The notes beneath the pieces are model-generated. The model saw only the letters and a list, made by a program, of their open reading frames with translations. It ran no database searches and was not told the origin of the DNA. Positions 1 through 9,128 of a DNA stretch of 64,000 nucleotides are shown piece by piece. Position 1 is the stretch's first letter; every line of letters starts with the position of its first letter. The position numbers and the translations under genes are program-made. Source of the stretch: Candidatus Thalassospirochaeta sargassi (GTDB lineage Bacteria > Spirochaetota > Spirochaetia > UBA9216). The DNA is taken from positions 72,757-136,756 of the forward strand of contig JAQQAL010000006.1 in NCBI GenBank assembly GCA_028532855.1. Reading direction: 5' to 3'.

Positions 1-215
1 ACTATGCAGAAACCGGTGCTGTTATAATTAATATAAAAGTTGCAATTAGAAAATAATTTCTTTTTTTCATGAAGCCCCTTGATACCAAGATCAATTTACA
101 GGCACAATACATTGCGATATCAAGTCGAACCTTCTGCTGTCATTTTTTTAAGACACGGATCGTTAATTTTCATTTCCATATTCGATTTAATATATTATGA
201 TGTGTAATCATTTTT

Positions 216-221
216 AAGAGG
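216..221 (+). promoter_or_regulatory. Shine-Dalgarno-like AAGAGG 11 nt upstream of the ATG at 233
   Basis: The sequence aagagg lies at 216-221, and the first ORF starts at 233. Confidence 0.4.
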
Positions 222-232
222 AAATTCATTCT

Positions 233-1381
233 ATGGCTAAGTGGTATCAGGACACGATGTGGTGGATTCTAAAAAATACTAAGGGGAAGAAACTTGTTGA
301 AAGCTGCAATATTGAAGTAGTCTCTCACCAGGAGGAGCCGGAACCGCCGTTTATCCTGATGGGAAACCATGCTCATGCCCAGGATCCCTATATGATAGGC
401 CACTTTATGAACCATACAGTTAATTACATGGCTAATATAGACGGGGTTTCAGATATTCAGCGCCGTCTTTCAAATCTTGTAGGTGCATACGGCAAAAAGA
501 AGGGCGCCTCTGATTTTGCAGCCTTGAAGCAAACAATAAATCTGCTTAAAAACGGCAATGCTATAGGCATTTTCCCCGAAGGTGACCGAAGCTGGGATGG
601 ATCAACGGTTGATTTCATTCCCGGAACCGCATCAATTGCAAAAAGATATAAGGTTCCTATCCGCATAGCAAAAATGACGGGAGCATATCTTACAGAACCC
701 CGATGGGCTGATTACCCCAGGAGAGGCAGAGTACTGATAGATTTTAGAACCATAACCGTGGAAGAAATTGCCTTAATGAGCGCCACCGAACTTGAAAAAA
801 AGATCTGTTCAATGCTAAAACACAACGACATCAAGGATCCGCTTAACAATGAGATCGTGTTTACCGGTGAAAATCTTGCATCCGGGATTCAGAGGATAAT
901 CTGGTTCTGCCCCGAATGCGGCGCACAGGATAGCATTAACGGAAGTGGTGATAAGATCATATGTTCTGTATGCGGTAAAAACTGGCAGCTTGACGGCAAC
1001 CTGCGAATAAGTCCTACAGGCAGGGCCGGCGCAGACCTGAAAGACTGGATTGACATGCAGGCGGATGAGATGAAAAAAATATGTGAATCAGCCGGTGATG
1101 CTGTTTTGACCCGAACAGATGATATTACTCTTTCAGAGGTAATCGACCGGAAGATGACTACCCCCCGAAACGGAAACCTTGTTCTATACAGGGACCGAAT
1201 TGAATTTAGTTATGAAAACTCCGGGATGCTCGTTTTTGATAACATTCAGGTGGAGCACTATATTGACAATTTTAATAAAGCCTTTGAATTTGATTATGGC
1301 AAGAAAAGATACCGGGTGATATTCGATGGTAAAAATGCCTCTAAATGGATTTTTTTCCTGAACTATCTTAAAGCTATATAG
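233..1381 (+). CDS. PlsC-like lysophospholipid/glycerolipid acyltransferase with an embedded CxxC...CxxC zinc ribbon
   Basis: An HX4D motif (NHAHAQD) and an FPEGDRS motif are typical of the PlsC/LPLAT acyltransferase family. The pairs CPECG and CSVCG form a zinc-ribbon-like tetracysteine. Confidence 0.65.
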   Translation: MAKWYQDTMWWILKNTKGKKLVESCNIEVVSHQEEPEPPFILMGNHAHAQDPYMIGHFMNHTVNYMANIDGVSDIQRRLSNLVGAYGKKKGASDFAALKQTINLLKNGNAIGIFPEGDRSWDGSTVDFIPGTASIAKRYKVPIRIAKMTGAYLTEPRWADYPRRGRVLIDFRTITVEEIALMSATELEKKICSMLKHNDIKDPLNNEIVFTGENLASGIQRIIWFCPECGAQDSINGSGDKIICSVCGKNWQLDGNLRISPTGRAGADLKDWIDMQADEMKKICESAGDAVLTRTDDITLSEVIDRKMTTPRNGNLVLYRDRIEFSYENSGMLVFDNIQVEHYIDNFNKAFEFDYGKKRYRVIFDGKNASKWIFFLNYLKAI

Positions 1382-2357
1382 CAGAACCTTCCATATCTCC
1401 AGTGTACTCACTGTTAAGTTCATTCGCATCATCAAGGTGAAGCTCGAGTTTTTCTCCGAAATCTTTCCATTGATACCACTGCTCGGGGCTGTCTTTCAGC
1501 GTGTGATCTAGATTCGCCATGGTCTGAATACCAAGAGGGAGAGCTCCGGCTGAATCTGTATCTACCGTTTGAAGCCTCAGCGTATATCTTTTACTGCTTT
1601 CCCGATGCATCAATGCAGTAGCAACTGCCGCACCGGAGTGTTTTCTCATAATATCCAGGGTCTTGTCTCCTGAAAACGTCTGATTCATGAAATTAATTGG
1701 AATCTTTTTTGATGGTCGCCAGGCTTCAAACTCATCACATTCCGTGATCAGAATCCGTCCGTTTTTAAGAGCATCAACAGCTGCAAAAAAGACATTACCA
1801 TTATCCAGATCGACAAGCTGGAGATCCTTCATCTCCTCTGCCCGCTTTTCAAGCGTCCTTTTCAGTTTCTGGGTCTGAAAACGCAGAATCATTGTTACGG
1901 GATACCCACGGGAAGCGAGAGCCCCCGGAAGCCATTCAACCCCACCGTAATGTGCGGTTACAAGAATAATGCCCCGGTTCTGGGCGAGTAAGTTTCTGAA
2001 ATCTTCTTCACCCTTAACTCTGACCCACGAGACAAAGCGTTTTTTCAAAAGGCTGTAGTTTGAATAAGCAACGAACAGTTTCTCGTGGTAGTGGGTGAAT
2101 ATACCGTAAAAGACATCATTCACAAGCTTATTAAGGCTTGCCGTAGACAAACGGTTTTTATAAATATGCCTGACAGTTTTTTCTATAAGCTTTTTTTCCT
2201 TCTTTTTAAAACTATAGTAAATTTTACCAAGGAAAAGAAGGTAAGACTTCGATGTGTAATAAGGAAGGAATCTAAAGATTGCAACATTGATTCTTGCCTG
2301 TAAAAATTTGCTCAAATTAAGATTAAAACGTTTTTGCAGTTTCATTTCCTTAGACAT
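1374..2357 (-). CDS. LpxL/HtrB-family lipid A biosynthesis (Kdo2-lipid IVA) acyltransferase
   Basis: The length is 327 aa. The N-terminal layout and the TAHYGGVE (HX4E) catalytic motif resemble late lipid A acyltransferases. Its tail overlaps the upstream acyltransferase by 8 nt. Confidence 0.55.
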   Translation of the reverse strand: MSKEMKLQKRFNLNLSKFLQARINVAIFRFLPYYTSKSYLLFLGKIYYSFKKKEKKLIEKTVRHIYKNRLSTASLNKLVNDVFYGIFTHYHEKLFVAYSNYSLLKKRFVSWVRVKGEEDFRNLLAQNRGIILVTAHYGGVEWLPGALASRGYPVTMILRFQTQKLKRTLEKRAEEMKDLQLVDLDNGNVFFAAVDALKNGRILITECDEFEAWRPSKKIPINFMNQTFSGDKTLDIMRKHSGAAVATALMHRESSKRYTLRLQTVDTDSAGALPLGIQTMANLDHTLKDSPEQWYQWKDFGEKLELHLDDANELNSEYTGDMEGSAI

Positions 2358-2530
2358 TAATCCTACCTTTTATACGAAAGTAACAGTTGACATTCATCTG
2401 CGCTATTTTACTATGTATTTTGTTATCGATAAACAAAAAAATACATATAATATTGTAGAGTATATCTACAGGAATTTCTATATTTTATGAATGAAATATT
2501 AAAAATGAGTTAATTATAATCACTTTTAAC

Positions 2531-4051
2531 TCAGCTTGTTTTCTTATTTTCAGGCGGGAAAGGATTGATCTTGTCAAAGCGCTCACCGGATTCTGCCCAG
2601 TACATTCCGCCTGGACGGTAGACCCGTACTTCAAAATGCAGATGCGGTCCGGTTGATTTTCCAGTATTTCCAATCAATCCAAGCTTTTCCCCGGTATTAA
2701 CCCAATCCTGTGGATTTCTTAAAGGGGCTTCATGAAGATGTGCATAAAAGGTTGTCCATGATTCAGCATCAGGATAGAGTGTTTTAACCTCTTTCGTAAG
2801 CGCATGTTCTACTTCTATAGTCCAGCCGTATTGCTCTTCATCATGGGTTATTTCTTTCACCACCCCCTCATAAGAAGCTGTAACATCTCCAGCCGGCATC
2901 CCTTCACGGATAATCTCGCCGGCATATGAAATAAAATCAATATTTCCGACATTGATGATGTCAACCGCATAGTGGGGAGCTACACCTCCTGAGCCGAGAG
3001 GGTCCTGCCGCTTTTCCATGTATCCGTCGGTAATCCGAAAACCGCGTCCGTCGTTTTCCCTTCCTGTAATTGCAACAGGATAAACCATATTGCTAAATGC
3101 GGGAATGTACCGGCTCAAGGGAATAACCCTCTGTTCCTCAGTAGCGAGAAAAATACGTGCCTGATATTCTTCAGAGGGCAGCTGCGACATCTCATAGATA
3201 ATTTCACCGTATGATACCGCCTCCTGAATATTGGAGGCTATAAGCTTGTAAGCCTCTTTTCTGGCCGGCAGATACTTCGTCAGTTCCTCCGAAAGCCTCA
3301 TAACATTAGCATACGCGTTATGCCTGTTAAACTCAAAGTCAGTCTTCGAGCGCTCGAGATTTTCTTTCAGAACCTCCAGATCGCCCTCTGCTTCTACCAT
3401 AAAAGTATCAAGATTCTGCACCTGCCCCTGAATCTGCAGCAGATACTCGTCCATTGTGCTGCCGAGATCATGCTGTATCCGGTTAACCTGCAAAAAATAA
3501 GCTGCAACAAAGATAGCAAGAACTACAACTGCTGCAGTTAATACAGGAACAAAAACTGAGGGATGAAGAACGACTTCATGATAAAGAGCGCTAATAACCC
3601 TCCTGACCGGACCCTTAGGCTTTATAAATCCGGCATAGCTTGCATTGTAATCAACGCTAAGAACTTCTTCATTGAAATAAAGATTGGAATTATTTGTCTT
3701 TTCAAAGACAGTATCAATACCTGCATGAAGTTCGGCTAGTTCCTCCGGCAAATCAGCCAGAATAATCTGTTTGCCGTCCTTTTCAAGACTCAAAACCTGC
3801 CATTCATCATCTTTCTTGAACGTCCAGTTTCTGAATATCCGGTTTATTCCGTCGCTCGATGTCAGAACTTCCTGAATATGCAGATTCCGTTCGTTGACGC
3901 GAGTAACAACAATAAAAAACAGACCGTTTCGCCTTTTTGCTCTGAAATCAATCACGGGAGAAGAGTATGAGCGAGAGCTGCCGAGCCATTCTTGGGCTAC
4001 AATTGCTATGCGCTTGATAATATTACTGGTAAAATTAGATTTGTCTGCCAT
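2531..4051 (-). CDS. M23 family metallopeptidase (murein DD-endopeptidase, EnvC/NlpD-like) with an N-terminal TM segment and coiled coil
   Basis: The C-terminal GNTGKSTGPHLHFEVR is the M23 HxH signature. An HAVDI-like region lies upstream. The N-terminal half is long and coiled-coil-rich. Confidence 0.8.
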   Translation of the reverse strand: MADKSNFTSNIIKRIAIVAQEWLGSSRSYSSPVIDFRAKRRNGLFFIVVTRVNERNLHIQEVLTSSDGINRIFRNWTFKKDDEWQVLSLEKDGKQIILADLPEELAELHAGIDTVFEKTNNSNLYFNEEVLSVDYNASYAGFIKPKGPVRRVISALYHEVVLHPSVFVPVLTAAVVVLAIFVAAYFLQVNRIQHDLGSTMDEYLLQIQGQVQNLDTFMVEAEGDLEVLKENLERSKTDFEFNRHNAYANVMRLSEELTKYLPARKEAYKLIASNIQEAVSYGEIIYEMSQLPSEEYQARIFLATEEQRVIPLSRYIPAFSNMVYPVAITGRENDGRGFRITDGYMEKRQDPLGSGGVAPHYAVDIINVGNIDFISYAGEIIREGMPAGDVTASYEGVVKEITHDEEQYGWTIEVEHALTKEVKTLYPDAESWTTFYAHLHEAPLRNPQDWVNTGEKLGLIGNTGKSTGPHLHFEVRVYRPGGMYWAESGERFDKINPFPPENKKTS

Positions 4052-4707
4052 CTTCTATCTATATTATAATAATCCGTTATAGTGAAAATCCATCACAAGG
4101 CTGGTAAATACTGTGGTGATATAGAAATTAATATAATTTCTTATAATTTTCAAGGTAAAAACCGGCCGCTGAAGACATTTTATCGTACATTAACCGACAA
4201 TGAATACATAAAATGCCGGACAGTAATCGGGATCAAGGGCTTCCTGAGAAGCCGCCACAGTTCAAATATTATTATTAATTTATTCGGAAACAAAACAACC
4301 GGGCTTTATTTTACCCCTGACAATAGAATATTGAGTTCAGCATCAATAGATAAAACAATTAGACTATGAGAACTTGAAAACCGACTTCAACTCAAGGCAA
4401 TTCGCGAGTTTAGCGGCATTGGAAACGATGCAATTACTGTTGCTGATACACTCCGGTTTTATCCCGCCTGAAAAGAATTAATTACTGGAACCATACCTGG
4501 ACGAAGTATGGCATACAGAAAGTATAACTATTTTCTCGGTATCAACTGACGGGCACTTTCTTCGAATCGGATACGCATACACAGACTGGCAAGCCAACGG
4601 CAGAGAAAACGATCAGGCCGACTACTACGCTACAAAGCAGCTTATTAAAAACCAACGGCAATTGGACAGTATTTGATATCTGCAAACCCGAACAAGAAAT
4701 TCATCAG

Positions 4708-4797
4708 AGGCTTGTTTCCTATCGGCCCCAAGCCGGAGGCTTGTTTCCTATCGGCCCTCAAGCCGGAGGCTTGTGTCCTATCGGCCCCAAGCCTCTG
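4708..4797. repeat. Three tandem copies of a ~31-bp unit (gaggcttgtttcctatcggccccaagccg), each with a short palindrome caagcc-gga-ggcttg
   Basis: The direct repeats are visible at 4708-4738, 4739-4770 and 4771-4797. The third copy overlaps the last 6 codons and stop of the Fe-ADH gene. There are no spacers, so this is not CRISPR. Confidence 0.7.
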
Positions 4798-5917
4798 TAT
4801 AAATTGCAAACGCATCTTCCTGGGTAACTTCACGCGGATTATTTACAAGAAGCCTTGTCTGGTCCATCACTGAAACAGACATTGGTTTGATTGCACTTTC
4901 TGGTATATCAATTGCCTTAAGATTACGCGGAAGATTAACATCGACACAGAGCTGCTCAACTTCATTTATACAGTCCTGCCAATCAGCTCCCTTGCGACCT
5001 GTCATTATTTCAGCGATATGTCCGAACCGCTCTTTCATGGCTGATGCGTTAAATTTAATAATAACCGGCAGCATAAGGCTGTTAGCCATACCATGGGGGA
5101 CATGAAACATTCCCCCAAGCGGGTATGCAAAGGCATGAACGGCTGTAACCCCAGCATTCGCAAAGGCGATTCCGGCCATAAGGCTTCCAAGCAGCATGTT
5201 CTCACGGGCCGTTAGGTCAGAACCATTATTGTAGGCAGTACGAATGTTCTGTGAAATTAGCTCAATTGCCTTTACAGCCATTGCATCGCTATAGTCGTTA
5301 GCATTTGCCGATGTGTAGGCTTCAACACAATGGCAGAGTGCATCCATGCCGGTAGGAGCAGTAATATGCGGCGGAAGGCCTACTGTAAGCGAAGGGTCGA
5401 GAAACGCAAACTTTGGCATAATGAACGGTGTACCAAAGCCTTTCTTTGTTTCGTTTTCAAGATCCGATAGAATCGAAAGGTAGGTAACCTCAGATCCAGT
5501 ACCGGCAGTGGTGGGGACAGCAAGAATAGGAAGCCCCGGCTTGGGAAGTACCCCCACCCCAATGTAATCCTTTATACTGCCTTCATTGCCTACAAGTGCG
5601 GCTGCAACCTTAGCGGAATCTATTGATGAGCCTCCACCTAAACCAATAATTGCCTGAGCGCCGCTCAGTCGTGCCTTATCGGCGATGCTGTCAACAAGCT
5701 GCATAGAAGGATCGGGTTTGACCTCGTCAACAAGAAGAACCTCCTTGCCTGCATCTATAAGGACCTTTTCAATCTTATCGTAGATTCCAACCTTAATCAG
5801 TCCTTCGTCGGTAACCACCATCACTTTTTCTGCTCCGAGACTGTCGAGTGCAGCAGGGATTTCCGCTATTGAGTTTTCCCCGAGTTTAACCTGTGGTACA
5901 GGCCATATATTCATCAT
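4778..5917 (-). CDS. Iron-containing alcohol dehydrogenase, probably NAD-dependent 4-hydroxybutyrate dehydrogenase (4hbD/AbfH)
   Basis: The Fe-ADH glycine-rich motif GLGGGSSIDSAKVAA is present with conserved His residues. It sits immediately downstream of abfT/abfD/gabT in the same orientation. Confidence 0.75.
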   Translation of the reverse strand: MMNIWPVPQVKLGENSIAEIPAALDSLGAEKVMVVTDEGLIKVGIYDKIEKVLIDAGKEVLLVDEVKPDPSMQLVDSIADKARLSGAQAIIGLGGGSSIDSAKVAAALVGNEGSIKDYIGVGVLPKPGLPILAVPTTAGTGSEVTYLSILSDLENETKKGFGTPFIMPKFAFLDPSLTVGLPPHITAPTGMDALCHCVEAYTSANANDYSDAMAVKAIELISQNIRTAYNNGSDLTARENMLLGSLMAGIAFANAGVTAVHAFAYPLGGMFHVPHGMANSLMLPVIIKFNASAMKERFGHIAEIMTGRKGADWQDCINEVEQLCVDVNLPRNLKAIDIPESAIKPMSVSVMDQTRLLVNNPREVTQEDAFAIYTEAWGR

Positions 5918-6013
5918 ACCTTTATCTCCTTATAATAATTGTTACAGCACGCAGTCCCGAATAACCGAAACCTCCCACCGTTGTTCTCAATGACTCGTAT
6001 TTGTAGACTTTTT

Positions 6014-7294
6014 TCATAAAGATTTCCTGAGCTCTTCACGGAAATCCGGATGAGCAATATTTATCAATGCTTCAGCTCGTTCACTGTTACTTTTGCCCTT
6101 GAGATGAGCCACACCATATTCTGTTACAATGTAATCTACATCATGGCGCGAGGTGGTCACGCATGCGCCTTCTTTCAACCTTGCTGTGATACGGGATACA
6201 GCCCCCTTCTTTCCTGTCGACGGAAAAGCAATAATTGATTTTCCGCCCTTTGACGACATTGCTGCACGTACAAAATCAACCTGTCCACCGACTGCTGTAA
6301 ACTGTTTTCCGCCTATCATATCCGCGCAGACCTGACCGTAGAGGTCTACCTCAAGCGCCGAGTTAATCGAAATAAGGTTTTCCAGCCTGCCTGCAACAAG
6401 AATGTTGTTCGTATAATCTACCGGCTTCATCATCACTGCCGGGTTATCGTTTGCAAAATCGTACAGGCGTTTTGTTCCCATAAGAAATGTTGCTACAAAC
6501 TTTCCCGGGTTGAGGTTGTTGTACTTATTGGTAACAACCCCCTGTTCATAGAGATCAACTACTCCATCAGAAAACATTTCGGTGTGGATTCCGAGGTCCT
6601 TCTTTTCAGTCAGAAAATGCAGTACAGCATCGGGGATGGCACCTATTCCAAGCTGAAGGGTTGCCCGGTCTGGTATCAGCTCGGCAATGTACTGACCAAT
6701 CTTTCGCTCCACCTCGCCTATCTTCGGCAGGGGAATCTCAATAGGTTCATAATCAGTCTCTACTAGATAATCAACTTCACTGACATGAATGTAGGAGCCA
6801 TAGGTTTTTGGCATTTTAGAATTAACTTCCGCTACTACAACGCGGGCTGTTTCGGCTGCCTGCAGAGTATAGTCAACCGATATTCCATAACTCATAAAAC
6901 CGTGTTCATCCGGAGGAGACACCATTATGAAGGCAACATCCGAATCAATAGAACCGTCACGAAATCTTCCAGGAAGCTCTGAAAAAAAGCAGGGAATAAA
7001 ATCTCCACGGCCTTCATTTATGCAGCCGCGAGTCGCTCCGCCGGCAAAGACAGTGCTGTGCTTAAAACGGCCCTCCCACTCCGCATCACAGTACCAGCAG
7101 TCATGCAGAGGGACCATGTGGAACACCCTGACATTCTTAAGCCTCCCGGCCTGATTCTTCATTTCATTTGTAAGCTCAACAGGCACGCCGGAGCAATGCC
7201 CGAGAACCACCTGATCCCCGGATCTTACGCTTTTTTCAACGGCGCTTTTCAGATCTGTCTTTTTTTGTTTATACAGAGTCCTCCAGTCTTCCAT
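6014..7294 (-). CDS. abfT: 4-hydroxybutyrate CoA-transferase (acetyl-CoA hydrolase/transferase family)
   Basis: The length is 426 aa. The N-terminus (...SGDQVVLGHCSGVP...NVRVFHMV) closely resembles Clostridium aminobutyricum AbfT and Cat2-type CoA-transferases. Confidence 0.75.
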   Translation of the reverse strand: MEDWRTLYKQKKTDLKSAVEKSVRSGDQVVLGHCSGVPVELTNEMKNQAGRLKNVRVFHMVPLHDCWYCDAEWEGRFKHSTVFAGGATRGCINEGRGDFIPCFFSELPGRFRDGSIDSDVAFIMVSPPDEHGFMSYGISVDYTLQAAETARVVVAEVNSKMPKTYGSYIHVSEVDYLVETDYEPIEIPLPKIGEVERKIGQYIAELIPDRATLQLGIGAIPDAVLHFLTEKKDLGIHTEMFSDGVVDLYEQGVVTNKYNNLNPGKFVATFLMGTKRLYDFANDNPAVMMKPVDYTNNILVAGRLENLISINSALEVDLYGQVCADMIGGKQFTAVGGQVDFVRAAMSSKGGKSIIAFPSTGKKGAVSRITARLKEGACVTTSRHDVDYIVTEYGVAHLKGKSNSERAEALINIAHPDFREELRKSL

Positions 7295-7309
7295 CTATAA
7301 CTCCTGTTT

Positions 7310-8773
7310 TCAGCTCTTGATGTTGGCAAGGGCTTTTGCATATTCCTTCTTTCGCTGAACATCAGCCTGGCGGGCAATCATAATTCTCTGAGCCTGCGGA
7401 GAACCTGCGCCGTGCATTGATTCGGTTAAATAACCTACTGCAGCACGTCCCATTGTAAGGTTTTCGATCAAACGAAGAAGCTTCAGTCTGTCTTTGGTAT
7501 CTACACCTTCAGCCCCACCCAAAAACTTCTTAACAAGTTCAGCAGTCTCGGGGTTTTCAAGATCTTTCGCATGCGGTGCTGTAACCATAAGCCCACCGGC
7601 AATATCCTGAAGCAGACGTGCAATTTCATAGGGAAACCGGGTAACATTCTGCTTACAGACATTAGCAAGAAGCAGATCAATCAGGTAGTTTCCTGATTTT
7701 GTTTCCTTACCGAGCCAGCAGCATGCAACGGAGGAAGACCAGATAGTTTCATTAAGATGATTCATCTCTACAATCTTGTCTTTAATATGTGAAGCCCTTG
7801 CCGCACCGTTGTACTCGGCAATAAGCTGTGCGGCGCCAATAGCAACATCACCTACACCAGTCTTACATGCATAGCTTGAGCGGTGGTAACCTGCAAATCT
7901 TTCAACGAGCATTCCGGAGAAGTCCCATTCGCCGTCCATAAAAACCCTTTCTGTAGGTACAAAGACATTATCAAATACCATAAGAGCTTCCTGTCCGCCG
8001 AAGTTGGGGCTTCCTGCATCCATATTATCCCCGTCCGGATCCTCCATCAGCCTTGTGTCACATGACTGGCGACCATAAATATAGGTAATTCCAGGATCAT
8101 CGGATTCAACAATACAGGTTACCGCAAAGTCTTTATCTTCTTCAGTCATTGTTACGGTAGGCATAATCAGAGCATGATGCGAGTTTATACATCCAGTCTG
8201 GTGTGTCTTGGCCCCGCTTATAACAATGCCGTCAGGACGCCTTTCAACAACATGCACATATACATCAGGGTCCGGACACTGGTGAGGACGTTTACTTCGA
8301 TCACCCTTAGGGTCGGTCATGCAGCCGTCCACAACGAGGTCACCCTCTTCAACCTCAAGCATATATTTCTTAAAACGCTCGTGGTAGGATGTCCCATATT
8401 TTTCATCCATTTCATATGTTGTGGAAAATGTAGCATTGAATGCATCCATACCTACACAGCGCTGAAAGCATGTACCGCATTTCTGACCGAGAAGCCTCTG
8501 CATCCCAACCTTTTTATAGAGTTCTTCGGGGCTGCGATGGATGTGACAGAATCTGTTAATCCTGTTTCCCGTTAACGATGAAATCTCCGTAAGGTCGTCC
8601 CTGTAGTCTGATCCTTCTTCAGCAAGCTCATATGTAAGTGCGATAGAATTAATAGAAGCAGCGATAATCGGATGATCATAGGGGTTCTCAAGTTTTTCTC
8701 CCGCCATGTAAACATTCAGCGGACGTCTGTTCCTAAGGCTTTCACGGTATTCCTTACCTGTCATTAATGCCAT
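7310..8773 (-). CDS. abfD: 4-hydroxybutyryl-CoA dehydratase/vinylacetyl-CoA delta-isomerase
   Basis: There is strong resemblance to C. aminobutyricum AbfD, including MQRLLGQKCGTCFQRCVGMDAFNA, GGQEALMVFDNVF and the ESMHGAGSPQAQRIMIARQ tail. The start was moved to Met16 at 8773 because a perfect AAGAGGAG Shine-Dalgarno precedes it; the longest ORF runs to 8818. Confidence 0.8.
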   Translation of the reverse strand: MALMTGKEYRESLRNRRPLNVYMAGEKLENPYDHPIIAASINSIALTYELAEEGSDYRDDLTEISSLTGNRINRFCHIHRSPEELYKKVGMQRLLGQKCGTCFQRCVGMDAFNATFSTTYEMDEKYGTSYHERFKKYMLEVEEGDLVVDGCMTDPKGDRSKRPHQCPDPDVYVHVVERRPDGIVISGAKTHQTGCINSHHALIMPTVTMTEEDKDFAVTCIVESDDPGITYIYGRQSCDTRLMEDPDGDNMDAGSPNFGGQEALMVFDNVFVPTERVFMDGEWDFSGMLVERFAGYHRSSYACKTGVGDVAIGAAQLIAEYNGAARASHIKDKIVEMNHLNETIWSSSVACCWLGKETKSGNYLIDLLLANVCKQNVTRFPYEIARLLQDIAGGLMVTAPHAKDLENPETAELVKKFLGGAEGVDTKDRLKLLRLIENLTMGRAAVGYLTESMHGAGSPQAQRIMIARQADVQRKKEYAKALANIKS

Positions 8774-8807
8774 TTTTTTCTCCTCTTTTATCCAGGGGTA
8801 TATTCCC

Positions 8808-9080
8808 TTAAAAATCAATTTTCACAAGACTGATGTCATGCTCATCCAGATCATAAAAATAAGTCAGATGTCTGTGGATCAGATTGATAACTCCCGCCAC
8901 CTTCCGCAGCCCGTCAAATTCCGCAGGGCCGCCGTACCTGACAGCACTCTGAACAGCCGGGGTGTCGAGCATAATTCGCGTAAGCCCCAGGTCTGTCGTG
9001 GCTTTATTATCAAAGGTAACTACCTCAGCACTTCGATGCGGAAAAAGTTCGACAAGACCTTCCCATGCAAGCCTCTGCAC
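8808..9080 (-). CDS. Small hypothetical protein (90 aa) between gabT and abfD
   Basis: This is an ORF only, in the same orientation as the operon. No motif was recognised, and it may be non-coding spacer. Confidence 0.25.
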   Translation of the reverse strand: MQRLAWEGLVELFPHRSAEVVTFDNKATTDLGLTRIMLDTPAVQSAVRYGGPAEFDGLRKVAGVINLIHRHLTYFYDLDEHDISLVKIDF

Positions 9081-9128
9081 TGCTTTGCTTCACCAGCATA
9101 CTTTGTCATACATACAAAACCTGACAGT

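Noticed and set aside
4082-4369. 95-aa plus-strand ORF in the long intergenic gap
   Set aside because: It has AT-rich, low-complexity Ile/Asn/Lys-rich translation, no Shine-Dalgarno and no motif. It is more likely non-coding promoter or leader sequence.
4708-4797. Possible CRISPR array (short direct repeats)
   Set aside because: The three repeat copies are directly adjacent with no unique spacers, there are no cas genes, and the last copy is protein-coding. It is a tandem repeat, not CRISPR.
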